The notes: generated by a model not told the origin, from the letters alone. A stretch of DNA of 64,000 bases from an uncultured Chloroflexia bacterium (GCA_963825525.1 CAWGTN010000002.1:1408001-1472000), one strand, 5' to 3'; positions 1 to 11,812 are shown, numbered from the stretch's first letter. Translations and numbers: made by a program.

Positions 1-42
1 TACTTCAGGCGACCGAGCAAGCCCACTACGAGGTCCGAACTC

Positions 43-201
43 ATGCAGTACCTGCCGCTATTCCTGCTCTTCATGGCCACCCTCATCGCCGCATACTTCT
101 ACCTCGAGCGGGCGAAGGCGCGCCCGAAGACCACTGATGTCGACGAAGCCACCGAGCCGGCAGCCCCAGCAGCTCCAGCCTCGACGGAGCAGGGCGAGTA
201 G
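43..201 (+). CDS. small single-TM protein (52 aa, MQYLPLFLLFMATLIAAYFYLERAK...)
   Basis: Translated by hand (below the ORF-track cutoff). GAGGT RBS at 30-34, ATG 43, TAG 199-201; hydrophobic N-terminus then a basic and acidic tail. Confidence 0.55.
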   Translation: MQYLPLFLLFMATLIAAYFYLERAKARPKTTDVDEATEPAAPAAPASTEQGE

Positions 202-461
202 TCGAGTTTCTCGCACCCAATCATTCCCCGAGAATGGCGGAACAAACTACCGAGTCAGCGCTGAACGACCGATAGACGGCATCGCAATGTTCGATACCTC
301 CGCGGGGCGTCTAACATCCGGGGCAGACCGCTCGCGTTGCCCAGAATTCGGGGTAGCCTCCAATTTCAAGCCTAAGTCGACGAAGGCCTGCACCTGAGAG
401 GCCAGCCCGACCCCTTCGACGAACGACTAACACGCCGCGTGCTTCGCTCGCGCCGCTAAAT

Positions 462-1895
462 GTGCCTAGGCCGTCGGCTTTGACCTTAGCGCCGGTCCTC
501 TTGGCGCTCGCATTCGTCCTGAACGTGTATGTCGATTCCGGCGAGGTCCTAGAAACGCTGCCGCGCCCACTTGCGATAGCGGCGGGATTGGCAGCCGGGC
601 TGCAGGTCCTCGGGACCATTCTCCTGCGATCGGTGCCGCGGGGCGCCGTCGCCGCGGTGCTCGCGCTTGTCTCGCTCGTTCACCCGATTGGCCTGGTGCT
701 GCTAGTGGCGGCCGGCCTCATTAGTCGAATCCTCACCCGCCGCGGGCTCCTGAAGGTGCCGGTGGGCGTGGTCGGTGTGCCCATCGCGCTGCTTTTCGCC
801 GTCTCGACGGTGCGGGTCGTGACTGGCCCTGCGTTTGACATCCGCGACTTGACCAACCCAACGGCCGCCACAAGCACCCGATCAGACCTACCAGACATCT
901 TCACGGTCCTATTGGATGCCTATCCGCGAACCGACACATTGGCGGGTTTCGGCTATGACAATACCTGGTTCGAGGTTCAACTGGCCGCCCGAGGGTTCGA
1001 TGTTGCACCACGATCTCGGAGCAACTATGCGTGGACGTACCTGGTCCTGCCGACCACCTTCCACATGGCGCACGCTGACGACATCGCAAGCCTAAGTCCG
1101 CCGCCCGGATCCCGGACAGAGCAGCGACGCGCGATCCGGGAGGCCATGAGCCATACGCCGGCCACCGCCAGAATGCGGGAGGCTGGGTATCGCGTGGTGT
1201 CCGCAGGGCTCCCAGGAAGCTCCCTGACGCTGCGCGATGTGGACGAGTATCGAGGTGACACCAGCATTACGATCTTCGAGCATCAGGTCCTCGAGCGGAT
1301 GCTCATCGGTCGGATCATGGAACCTATCGTGCTGTCGGCTTATCGAGACCGGACACTAAACACTTTCAACCTGATCGAGGAGGTCGCCGACGAACCGGCT
1401 TCCACCTTCATGTTCGCGCACGTGCTAAGTCCGCACGTGCCTTTCGTATTTGACCAGGCCGGCGGCATGCCACAGCCCCAATGTTCGCCGTCATGTAATC
1501 GCTACCGCCTTCGAGTTGACGAATCGGGAATGGACACCCAGGAATTCAACACTGCGTACGCCAACCAAGTTCACTACCTCAACGGACGAATGTTGGCGGT
1601 GATCGACACCATTCTCGAGAAATCGCCCGACGCCGTGATCGTCCTGTTCTCAGACCATGGCTCACGCTCCAGTCATGATGTCGCGGATGAGTGGTACTCC
1701 ACGCTATTCGCCGCGCGCACGCCTGGGCACCCCAATCTATATGGTCCCGAACCAAGGTCCATCGAGATCTTCCCGCGCCTGTTTGGCGCGTACTTCGATG
1801 ACGAAGTGGTGATTCCTCCTGACACCAGCTTTCAGTCCCCGTATCGCAACCAGTTGCCTCTGACGACTGAGCCGTGGCCGAGTCGCGTTCCCTGA
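462..1895 (+). CDS. membrane-anchored alkaline phosphatase/sulfatase-superfamily protein, paralog 1 (LtaS/EptA-like phosphoform transferase candidate)
   Basis: N-terminal TM helices; PDIFTVLLDAYPR, NYAWT, HVLSPHVP and FSDHGSR motifs. Confidence 0.8.
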   Translation: MPRPSALTLAPVLLALAFVLNVYVDSGEVLETLPRPLAIAAGLAAGLQVLGTILLRSVPRGAVAAVLALVSLVHPIGLVLLVAAGLISRILTRRGLLKVPVGVVGVPIALLFAVSTVRVVTGPAFDIRDLTNPTAATSTRSDLPDIFTVLLDAYPRTDTLAGFGYDNTWFEVQLAARGFDVAPRSRSNYAWTYLVLPTTFHMAHADDIASLSPPPGSRTEQRRAIREAMSHTPATARMREAGYRVVSAGLPGSSLTLRDVDEYRGDTSITIFEHQVLERMLIGRIMEPIVLSAYRDRTLNTFNLIEEVADEPASTFMFAHVLSPHVPFVFDQAGGMPQPQCSPSCNRYRLRVDESGMDTQEFNTAYANQVHYLNGRMLAVIDTILEKSPDAVIVLFSDHGSRSSHDVADEWYSTLFAARTPGHPNLYGPEPRSIEIFPRLFGAYFDDEVVIPPDTSFQSPYRNQLPLTTEPWPSRVP

Positions 1896-2060
1896 CAAGG
1901 GAGGCGCAAACCGAGCAATGGGCGCCTGGTACGAATGGAATCAGGGCGAGGTGATCGCCGAGATCGCAAGTCCGGACGGTCGAATAGGACGTTTGGACCT
2001 TGCCGCCGATTCCACACTGCGGCAGACTGCGCTCGCACGTGTCTCAAGGGGAATCATCTC

Positions 2061-2234
2061 GTGGTATTTGCGTATCTCGACCCGGCAGCAGGCGGCATGA
2101 TCATTCAGTCGATCGTTGCGCTCGCAGTTGCCTTGCCATTCATTCTTCGGGCCCAGATCACTCGGGGCCTCGATCGTATTCGCGGTCGGAACGCCGTCGC
2201 GAAAGCAGAGGACCAGGAGTCCTCGACGGACTGA
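2061..2234 (+). CDS. small membrane protein with AYLDP-x-x-G motif (57 aa)
   Basis: AAGGGGA RBS then GTG 2061, in frame with ORF 1935..2234; VFAYLDPAAGGMIIQ + TM + basic/acidic tail. Confidence 0.7.
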   Translation: MVFAYLDPAAGGMIIQSIVALAVALPFILRAQITRGLDRIRGRNAVAKAEDQESSTD

Positions 2235-2333
2235 CGCCTCGAAGACCGACAGGCGCGCCGTCGCTCGTCGGCGAATTCGGCCGTCGCGGGTTCGGGCTTC
2301 TCACGGGCCAATTCGAGGTGTCCTGAGGTGGCG

Positions 2334-3657
2334 ATGCAACCGACGAAGAGGACCGTCTATGTGGGCATGAGCGCGGACCTCGTGCACCCCGGCCACCTCA
2401 ACATCATCGCGACTGCTCGCGAGCTCGGCGAGGTCACCATCGGCCTGCTGACCGACGCCGCGATCGCCAGCTACAAGCGCCTGCCGTACATGAGTCTCGA
2501 GCAGCGCCGGGTCGTGGTCGAGAACATCCAGGGCGTCGCGCGCGTGGTGCCGCAGGAGACCCTCGACTACGAGCCGAATCTGCGGCGCTACAGGCCCGAC
2601 TTCGTCGTGCACGGGGATGACTGGCAGGACGGCGTCCAGGCCGCCACTGCGGCAGCGAGTGATCGACGTCCTGGCCGAGTGGGGCGGCGAGCTCGTGGAG
2701 GTCGCCGTACACCCAGGGAATCTCGTCGACGCGCGCTGAACCAGCTCGCTGAAGGAGATCGGCGTCACGCCGACCGTCCGGATGCAGCGCTTCCGGCGCC
2801 TGCTCGAGGCCAAGCCGCTGATCCGCCTGCTGGAGGCGCACAACGGGCTGACCGGCCTGATCGTGGAGCGAACGAGCGTCGAACCGAGCACGGGCCGCGG
2901 GAGTTCGACGGCATGTGGCTCAGCAGCCTCACCGACTCGACCGCCAAGGGCAAGCCGGACATCGAGGCGGTGGACGTGACCTCGACGCAGTCCAGACGGT
3001 GAATGACATCGTCGAGGTGACCACGAAGCCGATCGTCTACGACGGCGACACCGGCGGAAAGCCGGAGCACTTCGTGTTCACGGTGAAGACCCTGGAGCGA
3101 CTCGGCGTGTCCGCCGTGATCATCGAGGACAAGGTCGGGCTCAAGAAGAACTCGCTGTTCGGCACCGATGCGCAGCAGATGCAGGACTCCATCGAGTCGT
3201 TCTGCGCACCGCATCGGCGCCGGCAAGAAGGCGCAAGGTCACCGACGAGTTCATGATCATCGCCCGGATCGAGAGCCTGATCCTGGGCCAGGGCGTGGAT
3301 GATGCGCTGACCCGCGCGCACGGCCTATATCGACGCCGGAGCCGACGGGATCATGATCCACAGCAGCCAGCCCACGCCGGACGAGATCCTGGAGTTCTGT
3401 GCCGAGCTATCGCGGGCCTTCCGAGGCGCGTGCCCGCTGGTCGTCGTCCCGATCGACCTACAACAGCCATCCACGAGGACGAGCTCGAGGCAGCCGGCGT
3501 CAACATCGTCATCTACGCCAACCACTGCTGCGGAGCGCGTATCCGGCCATGGTGGCCACGGCGCGAGTCGATCCTGGAGCACGGGCGGTCGCTGGAGAGC
3601 GACGAGGCGCTGATGCCCATCAAGGAGATCCTGCGCCTCATCCCCGGTGGCTCGTGA
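2334..3657 (+). CDS. pepM: cytidylyltransferase-phosphoenolpyruvate mutase fusion (several frameshifts)
   Basis: N-terminal ADLVHPGH (HxGH) CTP-transferase domain; EAHNGL, YDGDTGG and the PepM signature [10 protein letters not shown] spread across frames. Confidence 0.93.
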
Positions 3658-4802
3658 TCGCAGCCGGCCGACTTCTACGAGTCGATGCGGCGCCACGGGC
3701 TCACGTACTTCACCGGCGTCCCGGATTCGCTCCTCAAGGACCTCTGCGCCTACATCAACGACCAGGTTCCGGCCGGCCGACCACGTGATCAACGCGAACG
3801 AGGGATCCGCGGTCGGCCTCGCAGCGGGCTACCACCTCGCGACGGGCAAGGTCCCCGTCGTCTATCTGCAGAACTCGGGCATCGGCAACGCGATCAACCC
3901 GCTGCTGTCGCTGGCGGATCCGGCGGTCTACGCGATCCCGATGCTTTTGATCATCGGCTGGCGCGGCGAGCCCGGCGATCGAGGACGAGCCGCAGCACGT
4001 CACGCAGGGCCGCCTCATGGACGGGCTGCTCGAGGCCATCGGCATGCCGTTCGAGGTCATCGGCGCCGACACGGATGACTACCGCCGAGCATCCTCGGCC
4101 GTGCTTGCCGAGGACTTCGGTCGCGGGTGCTGATCGCGCGCGTTGCTCGATCCGGAGGGAACGTTCGCAGCGCTATGCGCTCAGACAACCCAGGAATCCG
4201 ATTGGCCGAGTTGACGCGCACCGGGTGCGATCGGCTCGTCCTGGCGGAGCTCGCAGCCCGACGACATGCTGGTCTCGACGACGGGCATGACCTCGCGCGA
4301 GGTGTTGGCGTACCGGGAAGCGGCAGGAGGGCCATCACGATCGCGACTTCCTGACCGTCGGGTCCATGGGCCACAGCTCGCAGATCGCGCTCGGCATCGC
4401 CCAGCATCGCCCGCGCAGCAGGTCTTCTGCCTCGACGGTGACGGCGCGGTGATCATGCACATGGGCAGCCTCGCGATCATCGGCACGCAGCGGCCGACCG
4501 AACCTGCGCCACATCGTCATCAACAACGGTGCGCACGACTCCGTCGGCGGCCAGCCGACGGCCGCTCAGCAGATCAACCTGTCGGCAGTGGCATCTGCTT
4601 GCGGCTACGCGTACGCGGAGTCGGTTTCCGACCGTGACATGGCGCTGAGGCTCTCGACCGCCTGAAAGAGCACCCGGGCCCGACAATGCTGGAGATCCGC
4701 GTCGCCGGCAGTCCCCATACGGAAGCCGGGCGGCCGACGACGACACCCCACCAGAACAAGCTCGCCTTCATGCAGGCCATGGGTGCTCGTGAGTCCGGGT
4801 AA
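3654..4802 (+). CDS. ppd: phosphonopyruvate decarboxylase (several frameshifts)
   Basis: [49 protein letters not shown] and [11 protein letters not shown] (TPP motif); GTGA overlap with pepM stop. Confidence 0.92.
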
Positions 4803-5948
4803 CGCGTGGGAGTACCGCAACCCGGTCAACGTCGTGTTCGGGGCGGGGCGGCTGGACGAACTGGGCGACCACACACGTGGTCGTGCCCTGGTCGTGACGT
4901 CGGCCGGCACGACCGGCCGCGGAGTGACCGGCCGCGTCGCCGATCTGCTCGCGCACGAAGGGTCGGTGGTCTATGACGGCGTGGAGTCGAATCCGACGCT
5001 CGCCCAGGTCGGAGAAGCCATCTCCATGGCACGCGAGGAGCAGGTCGACATGATCGTCGCCATTGGTGGCGGAAGCTCGCTCGACGTGGGCAAGGTCCTG
5101 AGCCTCGCGCTCGTGGCGCCGAGCTTCGCGCTGGGCGACCTGGTGACAGGCGAGCACCCATGGAATGACATTGAGCCGCTACCCCTGGTCGCAATTCCCA
5201 CGACCGCCGGCACCGGAAGCGAAGTGACGCCCACGGCCACACTCTGGGACGGAGATGCGCTGAGGAAGATGTCAGCGACGACACCGCGGCTGTTCCCCAC
5301 GACCGCCCTCATCGATCCGGAGCTTGCGTTGTCACTTCCGTGGGAGGCCACGCTCGGGCCGGGACTCGACGCATACTCGCAATGCTTCGAGGCCATCTGC
5401 AATCGAAACGCGACCCCCCTGACGACACACCTCGCGGAACGTGGTCTGAGCCTGGTGCCGCGAGCCTTGCGACGGCTGCGCACCGACCCCACGTCCATCG
5501 ACGCCCGAACCGAGATGGCGGAGGCCGCACTGCTGTCCGGCCTGGCGATCAGCCAGACTCGCACCGGCGCTCGGGCATTCGATGTCATACCCGATCACCG
5601 CCCACTTCGGCGTCCCCCACGGGCTCGCCTGTGCGCTCGCGCTGCCGGCGGTTTTGGCCTTCAACCTCGAGACCGATGACGGACGCCTCGCGGACGTCGC
5701 GGCTCAGACCGGCCTCGATGGTCCTGACGCCCTGGTGCCAACGCTGCTCGACCTGTATGGCGAGCTCGGCGTTGCCGATGCGATCCGACCGGGCGTGCCG
5801 GACATCCGTGCGCTCAGGGCATTCGTGCCGGAGATGCTCACTGCGGGCCGAGCCGACAACAACATCCGTCCGGCTGATCAGGCCGATGTTGCCGAAATCC
5901 TTGCAGTGACCGACGGCGTGGTTCCAGCCCGGGCAAGGTGCATCGTGA
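4789..5948 (+). CDS. iron-containing alcohol dehydrogenase, probable phosphonoacetaldehyde reductase (FomC/PhpC-like; frameshifted)
   Basis: GGGSSLD, PTTAGTGSEVT, H-x-x-SYPIT and VPHG motifs; directly after pepM-ppd; end coordinate approximate. Confidence 0.85.
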
Positions 5949-7105
5949 ACCTTCCCGGACTGGCCTTCTTTCGCGAACAGGGTGCGATGCGGGCGTTCGA
6001 AAGCGCAGGACCCGGCGTTTCGCGAACTGGTCTTCTACTCCGAGGGCGCGGGTGACTGGCCGCACATCGGGCCGGTGATCCAGGCGCTCCTCGCCGAACA
6101 CGACCAGAACATCAGCTACCTGAGCTCCGACCCGACGGATCCGGGGATGAGCATCAAGGATCCGCGGTTCCGTGCCTTCGCGATCGGCTCGGGGACGATC
6201 CGCACGATTCTCTTTGCTCGGATGGATTGCAGGCACTTCGTCATGACCCTGCCGGACCTGGGCAACCTGTGGTTGAAGCGCTCAGTGCATCCGGTCCACT
6301 ACATCTACCTGTTCCACTCGATCAACAGCAGCCATACGGCCTACCGACCGGGCGCGTTCGACGAATTCGACACCGTTCTGTGTGTGGGCCCGCACCATGT
6401 GGACGAGATCCGCAAGACCGAAGCCCTCCACGACCTGCCCGCGAAGCAGCTGGTGGAGCACGGGAGCGCCAAGCTCGACACGGTGCTGGCCCAGTTCGCC
6501 GACGTGACCGACTCTCCGGAGCGCGCCGCGACCTCCGAGATCCTGGTGGCGCCGACCTGGGGTGACAGCTCGCTCATCGAGCGGCCGGTGGGGCGGGAGC
6601 TCATTGACGCGCTGGTGACCTCCGGTTTTCGAACGGTGCTGCGATTGCACCCGATGACGGTACGGCGGCTACCGGAACTCGTCGCGGACCTGCGCCGCGC
6701 CTATCGTGACGAGCCGCTGTTCCGTCTCGAGGACGACATGAACGTCACCGAGTCATGGCTCCGATCCGATCTGATGATCAGCGACTGGTCGGGGGCCGCG
6801 ATCGAGTACGCCTTCGCGCTTCTTAAACCGGTCATCTACGTAAATACGCCCGCGAAGATCCTGAATGATGACTGGGAGCGGATCGGTGCCGCAGTCGTTC
6901 GAGGCGAGCATTCGGAGCCAGATCGGCCACGTCGTGGAGCCCGAGGCAGTGGCCGAGGTCCCAAGGGTGATCGAGTCGGCACTTCGCGATACGGATGGCA
7001 TTCGCGACCGGCTCCTCTACTGCGCGGTCACGCCACATCTTCAACGTCGGCGAAAGCAGCCGGGCAGCGGCCGAGTTCCTGGTGTCGCTGGCCACCCCGC
7101 GTTGA
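5945..7105 (+). CDS. CDP-glycerol glycerophosphotransferase (TagB/TagF)-like protein (frameshifted)
   Basis: ILVAPTW, LRLHP and SDLMISDWSGAAIEYAFALLKPVIY motifs; coupled to both neighbours. Confidence 0.8.
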
Positions 7106-8632
7106 GCGAGGTAGCCGCCGAGGTCGGTCGGCCACGATCAGGCACGGCCGAGCGACTGCTGCTGATCGGGCAACCGTTCCTGTTCGCGCTAGCCGCGATC
7201 GCCGAGGCGTATGTCGCGGTGCCCACGACGATCGAGTCGCTCGCGCGACCGACCCTGACTGTCCTGGCCTTCGTTGGTGGGGTGCTCATCGTTGCGCGGC
7301 TCGTGACCCGAGGCTGGGTGTGGGCGACGCTCATCACAAGCTTGTTCGTCCTCTTCTCATTCCGGCAGCTCGTTCTTGCGCTCGCCATCGCGGCGGCGGT
7401 GGCGTCTTGGCCCTTGCTCATGGGATTGCGTGGCGTCACCGGTCTCCCGCCGCCGTCGCCGACAATCCCGAGGAATGTGGCGCGCGCCAGTGGCATCTTC
7501 AGTTTGGCGCTCGCGCTGATCATGACCGTGGGCGCAACGCGCGCGGCACTGGCGGGGCGTCCCGAGATGCACCTACCGCAGTACGCGGGTGCCGGGAGTG
7601 GCGGCCCGAGCATCTACCTGGTGCTGTTGGACGGATACCCGCGAGCTGACACGTTGCAGGAGACATTTGGTATCGACAATCAACCCTTCCTGGACGAGCT
7701 GGCTGGCTTGGGCTTCAGCGTCTCTGACGCGGCCAGGACGAACTACAACAAGACATGGCTCACCCTCGCGTCAATGCTGAACGGCGCATACATCGAGGAT
7801 CTGCTCGGCGATCAACCACTCCCCGCCGATGCTCCCAGTGAGCTCCGCTGGCTCCACACCTTGATCGACGAATCGAGCATCCCGAACATGCTCCGCGACC
7901 GGGGATACCTGCTCGCGACGGTGCCGTCACCTTATCTATCGACCGCGCTCACGAGTGCGGACGAGGTTCGCGACGGGGGGACTCTCAATGAGTTCGAGGT
8001 CAAGCTGCTCTCGTCGTCGCCATGGGCCACCGTGTTTCGAGATCAGGTCGCTTCCGTACTCTATGGCGGCCAAAGTCGGCAGGTCGATTGATGCCTTGGA
8101 GAGCACCTTGGACATCGCCGAGTCGAAGTCGTCCAATCCCCTGTTCGTGCTGACTCATGTCCACAGCCCTCACCCTCCATTCGTACTGCGGCCGAGCTCC
8201 AACAGTGGGCAAACATCCGTTCCGGACTGCTTTCCCGATTGTTCGTTGTGGGAGGCACGCACAGAGTTCATGGGTATAACTCCTCGACGAATACCGCGCC
8301 GGCCTGAGTCTCCAGATCGAGGCGCTCAACGAGCGGGTGTTGGCTGGGGCCCGCGGAAATTGTTGCGGCGGACCCAGAATGCAGTCGTCATCCTGATGTC
8401 GGACCACGGCACCCGGTACTCCGAGGGCGACATTGCGGAACAGTACCGGTCGTTCCTCGCCGCCCGAACGCCGGGAGCGGCTGGGCTGTTTCCCGAAGAC
8501 GAGTCGCCGGTGAACATTCTCCGGCGACTCATGGCGGCCTACTTCGGCACGGATGTCGAGGCGCTGCCGTTCCAATCCTGGAGTCTTGAATGGGCCTTCA
8601 ATCTCCGACTCACGCCGATCCTCCAGGATTGA
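7102..8632 (+). CDS. membrane-anchored AlkP/sulfatase-superfamily protein, paralog 2 (frameshifted)
   Basis: TM helices; PSIYLVLLDGYPR, NYNKT, HVHSPHPP and MSDHG; ORFs 6865..8091 and 7955..8632. Confidence 0.8.
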
Positions 8633-8743
8633 TCTCGGTGTTGTGGGACGATCGGACTAGTTACCGTTCGAGTCTGCCGCGAATAGCCTCCGAAGTCCCA
8701 CCACCCGCACCGGACCATCTCACCAAATGTGCGCCACGAATCC

Positions 8744-10309
8744 ATGAACACGGCTGACACGCCCCCAACGTGGCGACGGCTACGAGGCATACCCTGGCAC
8801 CCGGGGCTCTTCGCGGCGTCGATCGTGCTCGCGTACTGGCTCGACACGGTGGTGAGCCCGTATGCCGCATTCCGATCCCTGGTCGTCGCCGTCATCGGCG
8901 CCGTCGTCCTGACCTTGGCGTTCTGGGCACTGACACGCAACATCGCGCGCGGCGGGATTGTGGCCAGCGCGGTCATCGGTCTCCTGTACAGCAAGCACCT
9001 TGCGGAGTTCGGGTTCGATGTCCAGGAGCTTGCGCCGACCTGGCTGTTCATCACATGGATCATTGCGATCGCCGCAGTGGCCGTTTTGGCGATCCGCATG
9101 CTTCGGAAGCGAGCGGCACAATGGCCGGCCGGCCGCGTGAACGCGGTATTGAACTGGGGCGGCGCGCTCTATCTCGGGTCGACCATCGCCATGGGGCTGC
9201 TGTCGGGCAAGTTCGCATACGCTGCCGGCGAATTGGACCAGGGCGTTCCGCTGGCGGATGCCGCAAGTGAGCCGATCACGCTCGCCGACCCAACCTCACC
9301 GGACATCTATCTCATCCTGCTGGACGGATATCCAAGGGCTGACGTCCTTGCCGAAGCCTTCGACTACGACAACACCGACTTCATCGCCGCGCTTGAGGGG
9401 CGGGGGTTCACAGTCGCTACCGAGAGCCGGTCTGACTACCTGTGGACGCGTCAGTCGCTGGCGTCGATGCTCCACATGGACTACGTCGAGCGGATCCCTG
9501 GCTTCCTGGACGTCCTCGAGGGGCGGGCGCCACAGAATCCGACTCTGCGCGAGCTCGCCAATCAGAACCCCGCGTTCACGGTGGCACGGGACCACGGTTA
9601 CCAGGTCGTGGCCACTGCTTACGAGTTCGAGGAGCTCGCTTTGCGACAGGCGGACGTGTATGTCGATCCGGGGTACCTGAATGAGTTCGAGTTCAAGCTG
9701 CTCGTATCCACGTTCATCGGCGACGCGATGGCCCTAGTGGCCCCAGACTTCGCATCCGCGCAGCACCGCGACTGGATCGATTATCAGCTTGGCGCGCTGG
9801 GCGAGATCGCCGATACCGGCAGCAGCGGCGACCCGCGCCTCGTGCTCGGCCACATCCCGGCGCCGCACCAACCAACGGTCTTCGGCCCAGACGGGGAGGC
9901 GGTCGTGGTCCCGATCAGCCGATACTTTTTCGCTGATTCGCCGCTCGAGCGCGGAGAGCCCGCCGACGAGTTCGCTGACAAGTACCGAGACCAGCTTGGC
10001 TACCTGAACGAACGATTCCTCGAGATGGTGGACGACATTCTCGCCAATTCGGCTGAACCGCCGGTCATCGTGCTCTGGGCAGACCATGGATCGGCATCGC
10101 AGGTCGACTGGGTCGTCACGACCCCGGACGAGGCCGAACCCCGTGCCCTGCGTGAGCGCACAAGCGTCCTGTTCGCCGCCCTCACGCCGGGTGAGTCAGG
10201 AGTCTTTCCGAACGACATCACACCGGCGAGCATCTTCCGGTTCCTCTCCGACAGCTATTTCGGCACTGAGTACGGGCGGGTGCCGTCGTATGGTGGCTAC
10301 GGCGATTGA
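8744..10309 (+). CDS. membrane-anchored AlkP/sulfatase-superfamily protein, paralog 3
   Basis: Intact ORF; about 5 TM; PDIYLILLDGYPR, DYLWT, HIPAPHQP and WADHG. Confidence 0.85.
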   Translation: MNTADTPPTWRRLRGIPWHPGLFAASIVLAYWLDTVVSPYAAFRSLVVAVIGAVVLTLAFWALTRNIARGGIVASAVIGLLYSKHLAEFGFDVQELAPTWLFITWIIAIAAVAVLAIRMLRKRAAQWPAGRVNAVLNWGGALYLGSTIAMGLLSGKFAYAAGELDQGVPLADAASEPITLADPTSPDIYLILLDGYPRADVLAEAFDYDNTDFIAALEGRGFTVATESRSDYLWTRQSLASMLHMDYVERIPGFLDVLEGRAPQNPTLRELANQNPAFTVARDHGYQVVATAYEFEELALRQADVYVDPGYLNEFEFKLLVSTFIGDAMALVAPDFASAQHRDWIDYQLGALGEIADTGSSGDPRLVLGHIPAPHQPTVFGPDGEAVVVPISRYFFADSPLERGEPADEFADKYRDQLGYLNERFLEMVDDILANSAEPPVIVLWADHGSASQVDWVVTTPDEAEPRALRERTSVLFAALTPGESGVFPNDITPASIFRFLSDSYFGTEYGRVPSYGGYGD

Positions 10310-11812
10310 GAACGAGGGCCGGTACCGCGTTCAGACTGGTCAGCCCGTCGGCGTTGGTTGTGGCCATGGTCCTGGTGTTGCTGGATGGCCACTCCGCACC
10401 GCTCTCGGACGCACTGGCGACCGCTCATCGTTGGCGTTGCAGTCGACGCTCATCCTGCAAGTCGCAGCGACGCTGGCGCTGCGCGACCGGCTTCGTGGAA
10501 CGTACGTCACCGCCATCATCGTCTCGGGCGTGCTTGGCCTGTTTGCCGTCACGGGCATCCTGCTGGTCCTCCCGGTCTGGTGGTGGGCGGTCGGCGCGAA
10601 TCGGAGACGGACCGGTCGAGCGGCCGCGCGACCGTTCCCCATGGCGTGGATCGGGCGGGCCGGGGCCATCTTGGCAGGTGTCTTCCTACTCCTCTCGATC
10701 GGCCGAGTCGCGGTGGCGTTCAACCCGCTGGTGCCCGACGCAGCGCCACATCGGCGTAGAGCTGCCCGGGTCGGGCGGTCCCGACATCTTCGTTCTCATC
10801 CTGGACGGATATCCTCGAGCTGACACGCTCGCCGAGGACTTCGGCATCGACAACACCGACTTTCTCTCGGGCACTGGAGAGCGACGGGTTCGTCGTCGAT
10901 GACGCGTCGCGTTCCAACTACATGAAGACATGGCTCAGCGTCGCGTCCATGCTCCACTTGCGGTTCGTTGATGACATCCCGATGCTCCGAGAACCCGACA
11001 CTGGATCCGGCCGGGCAGCACCGACTCGCAGGCCGAGCCATCGAACAGGCGCCGTTCGCCGATGCCCTCCGCGGCCGCGGGTACGAGATCGTCGCCATCA
11101 CCTCGTCCTTTACCGAGACGGACCTGCTGACTGCCGACCGCGTCCTGGATTCCGGGCAACCGACCTACTTTGAAAACTACGTGATGGGGACCACGATGGT
11201 CGCCCGGATCGTGGATTCGGTCGCGCCCGGGTTGCTCGGCGGGCTCCAGGTCGAACAAGCCGATGACGGTCTCACTCACCTGCGAGAACGTCGCGCGAGA
11301 GCAATCCGCGCAGCCGCTCTTCATGCTTGCGCACATCGAGGCGCCACATACGCCGTTTGCCGTGGATGCGGCCGGAGATCCGGTCGCCGATGCCCGATTG
11401 CTACCCTGTCTCGTGCTCGGCGTTCGACCACTACTTCTCCGTCCTGGGCATGACGCGGAGTCGAGTACCGCGAGAGGCTCGAGGGCTATCTGGCCTATAC
11501 CAATCGGCATGGTGCTCGATTCGGTCCATGAGCTCGTGCAAGCATCGGCCAGAGGCTGTCGTCCTGGTGCTGTCCGATCACGGTTCCCGCTACGACGCGG
11601 ACGACCCGCAGGAGCATTTCCGGAATCTTTTCGCGGCGCGAACCCCAGGGATCGAGGGCGTGTTTCCGCCTGGGACACACCTCGTGAACGTGTTTCGGCA
11701 TCTCTCGAACGCATACTTCGATACTGACTTCGAGCCGCTGCCCTACCGGGCCTTGTTTTCGGACGGACTCCTGCTGAATCTGGTGGAGGTCGACGTCGCG
11801 CCAGCCGACTAG
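10290..11812 (+). CDS. membrane-anchored AlkP/sulfatase-superfamily protein, paralog 4 (multiple frameshifts)
   Basis: PDIFVLILDGYPR, NYMKT, HIEAPHTP and LSDHGSR in successive frames; start approximate. Confidence 0.75.

Noticed and set aside
2334-5948. Fosfomycin or other phosphonate antibiotic cluster (Fom1/Fom2/FomC-like genes)
   Set aside because: No Fom3 radical-SAM methyltransferase, Fom4 epoxidase, FomA/B kinases, NRPS or exporter. The neighbours are surface-glycan enzymes.
462-11812. True formylglycine-dependent sulfatases
   Set aside because: No C/S-x-P-x-R motif; Thr is at the inferred nucleophile position.
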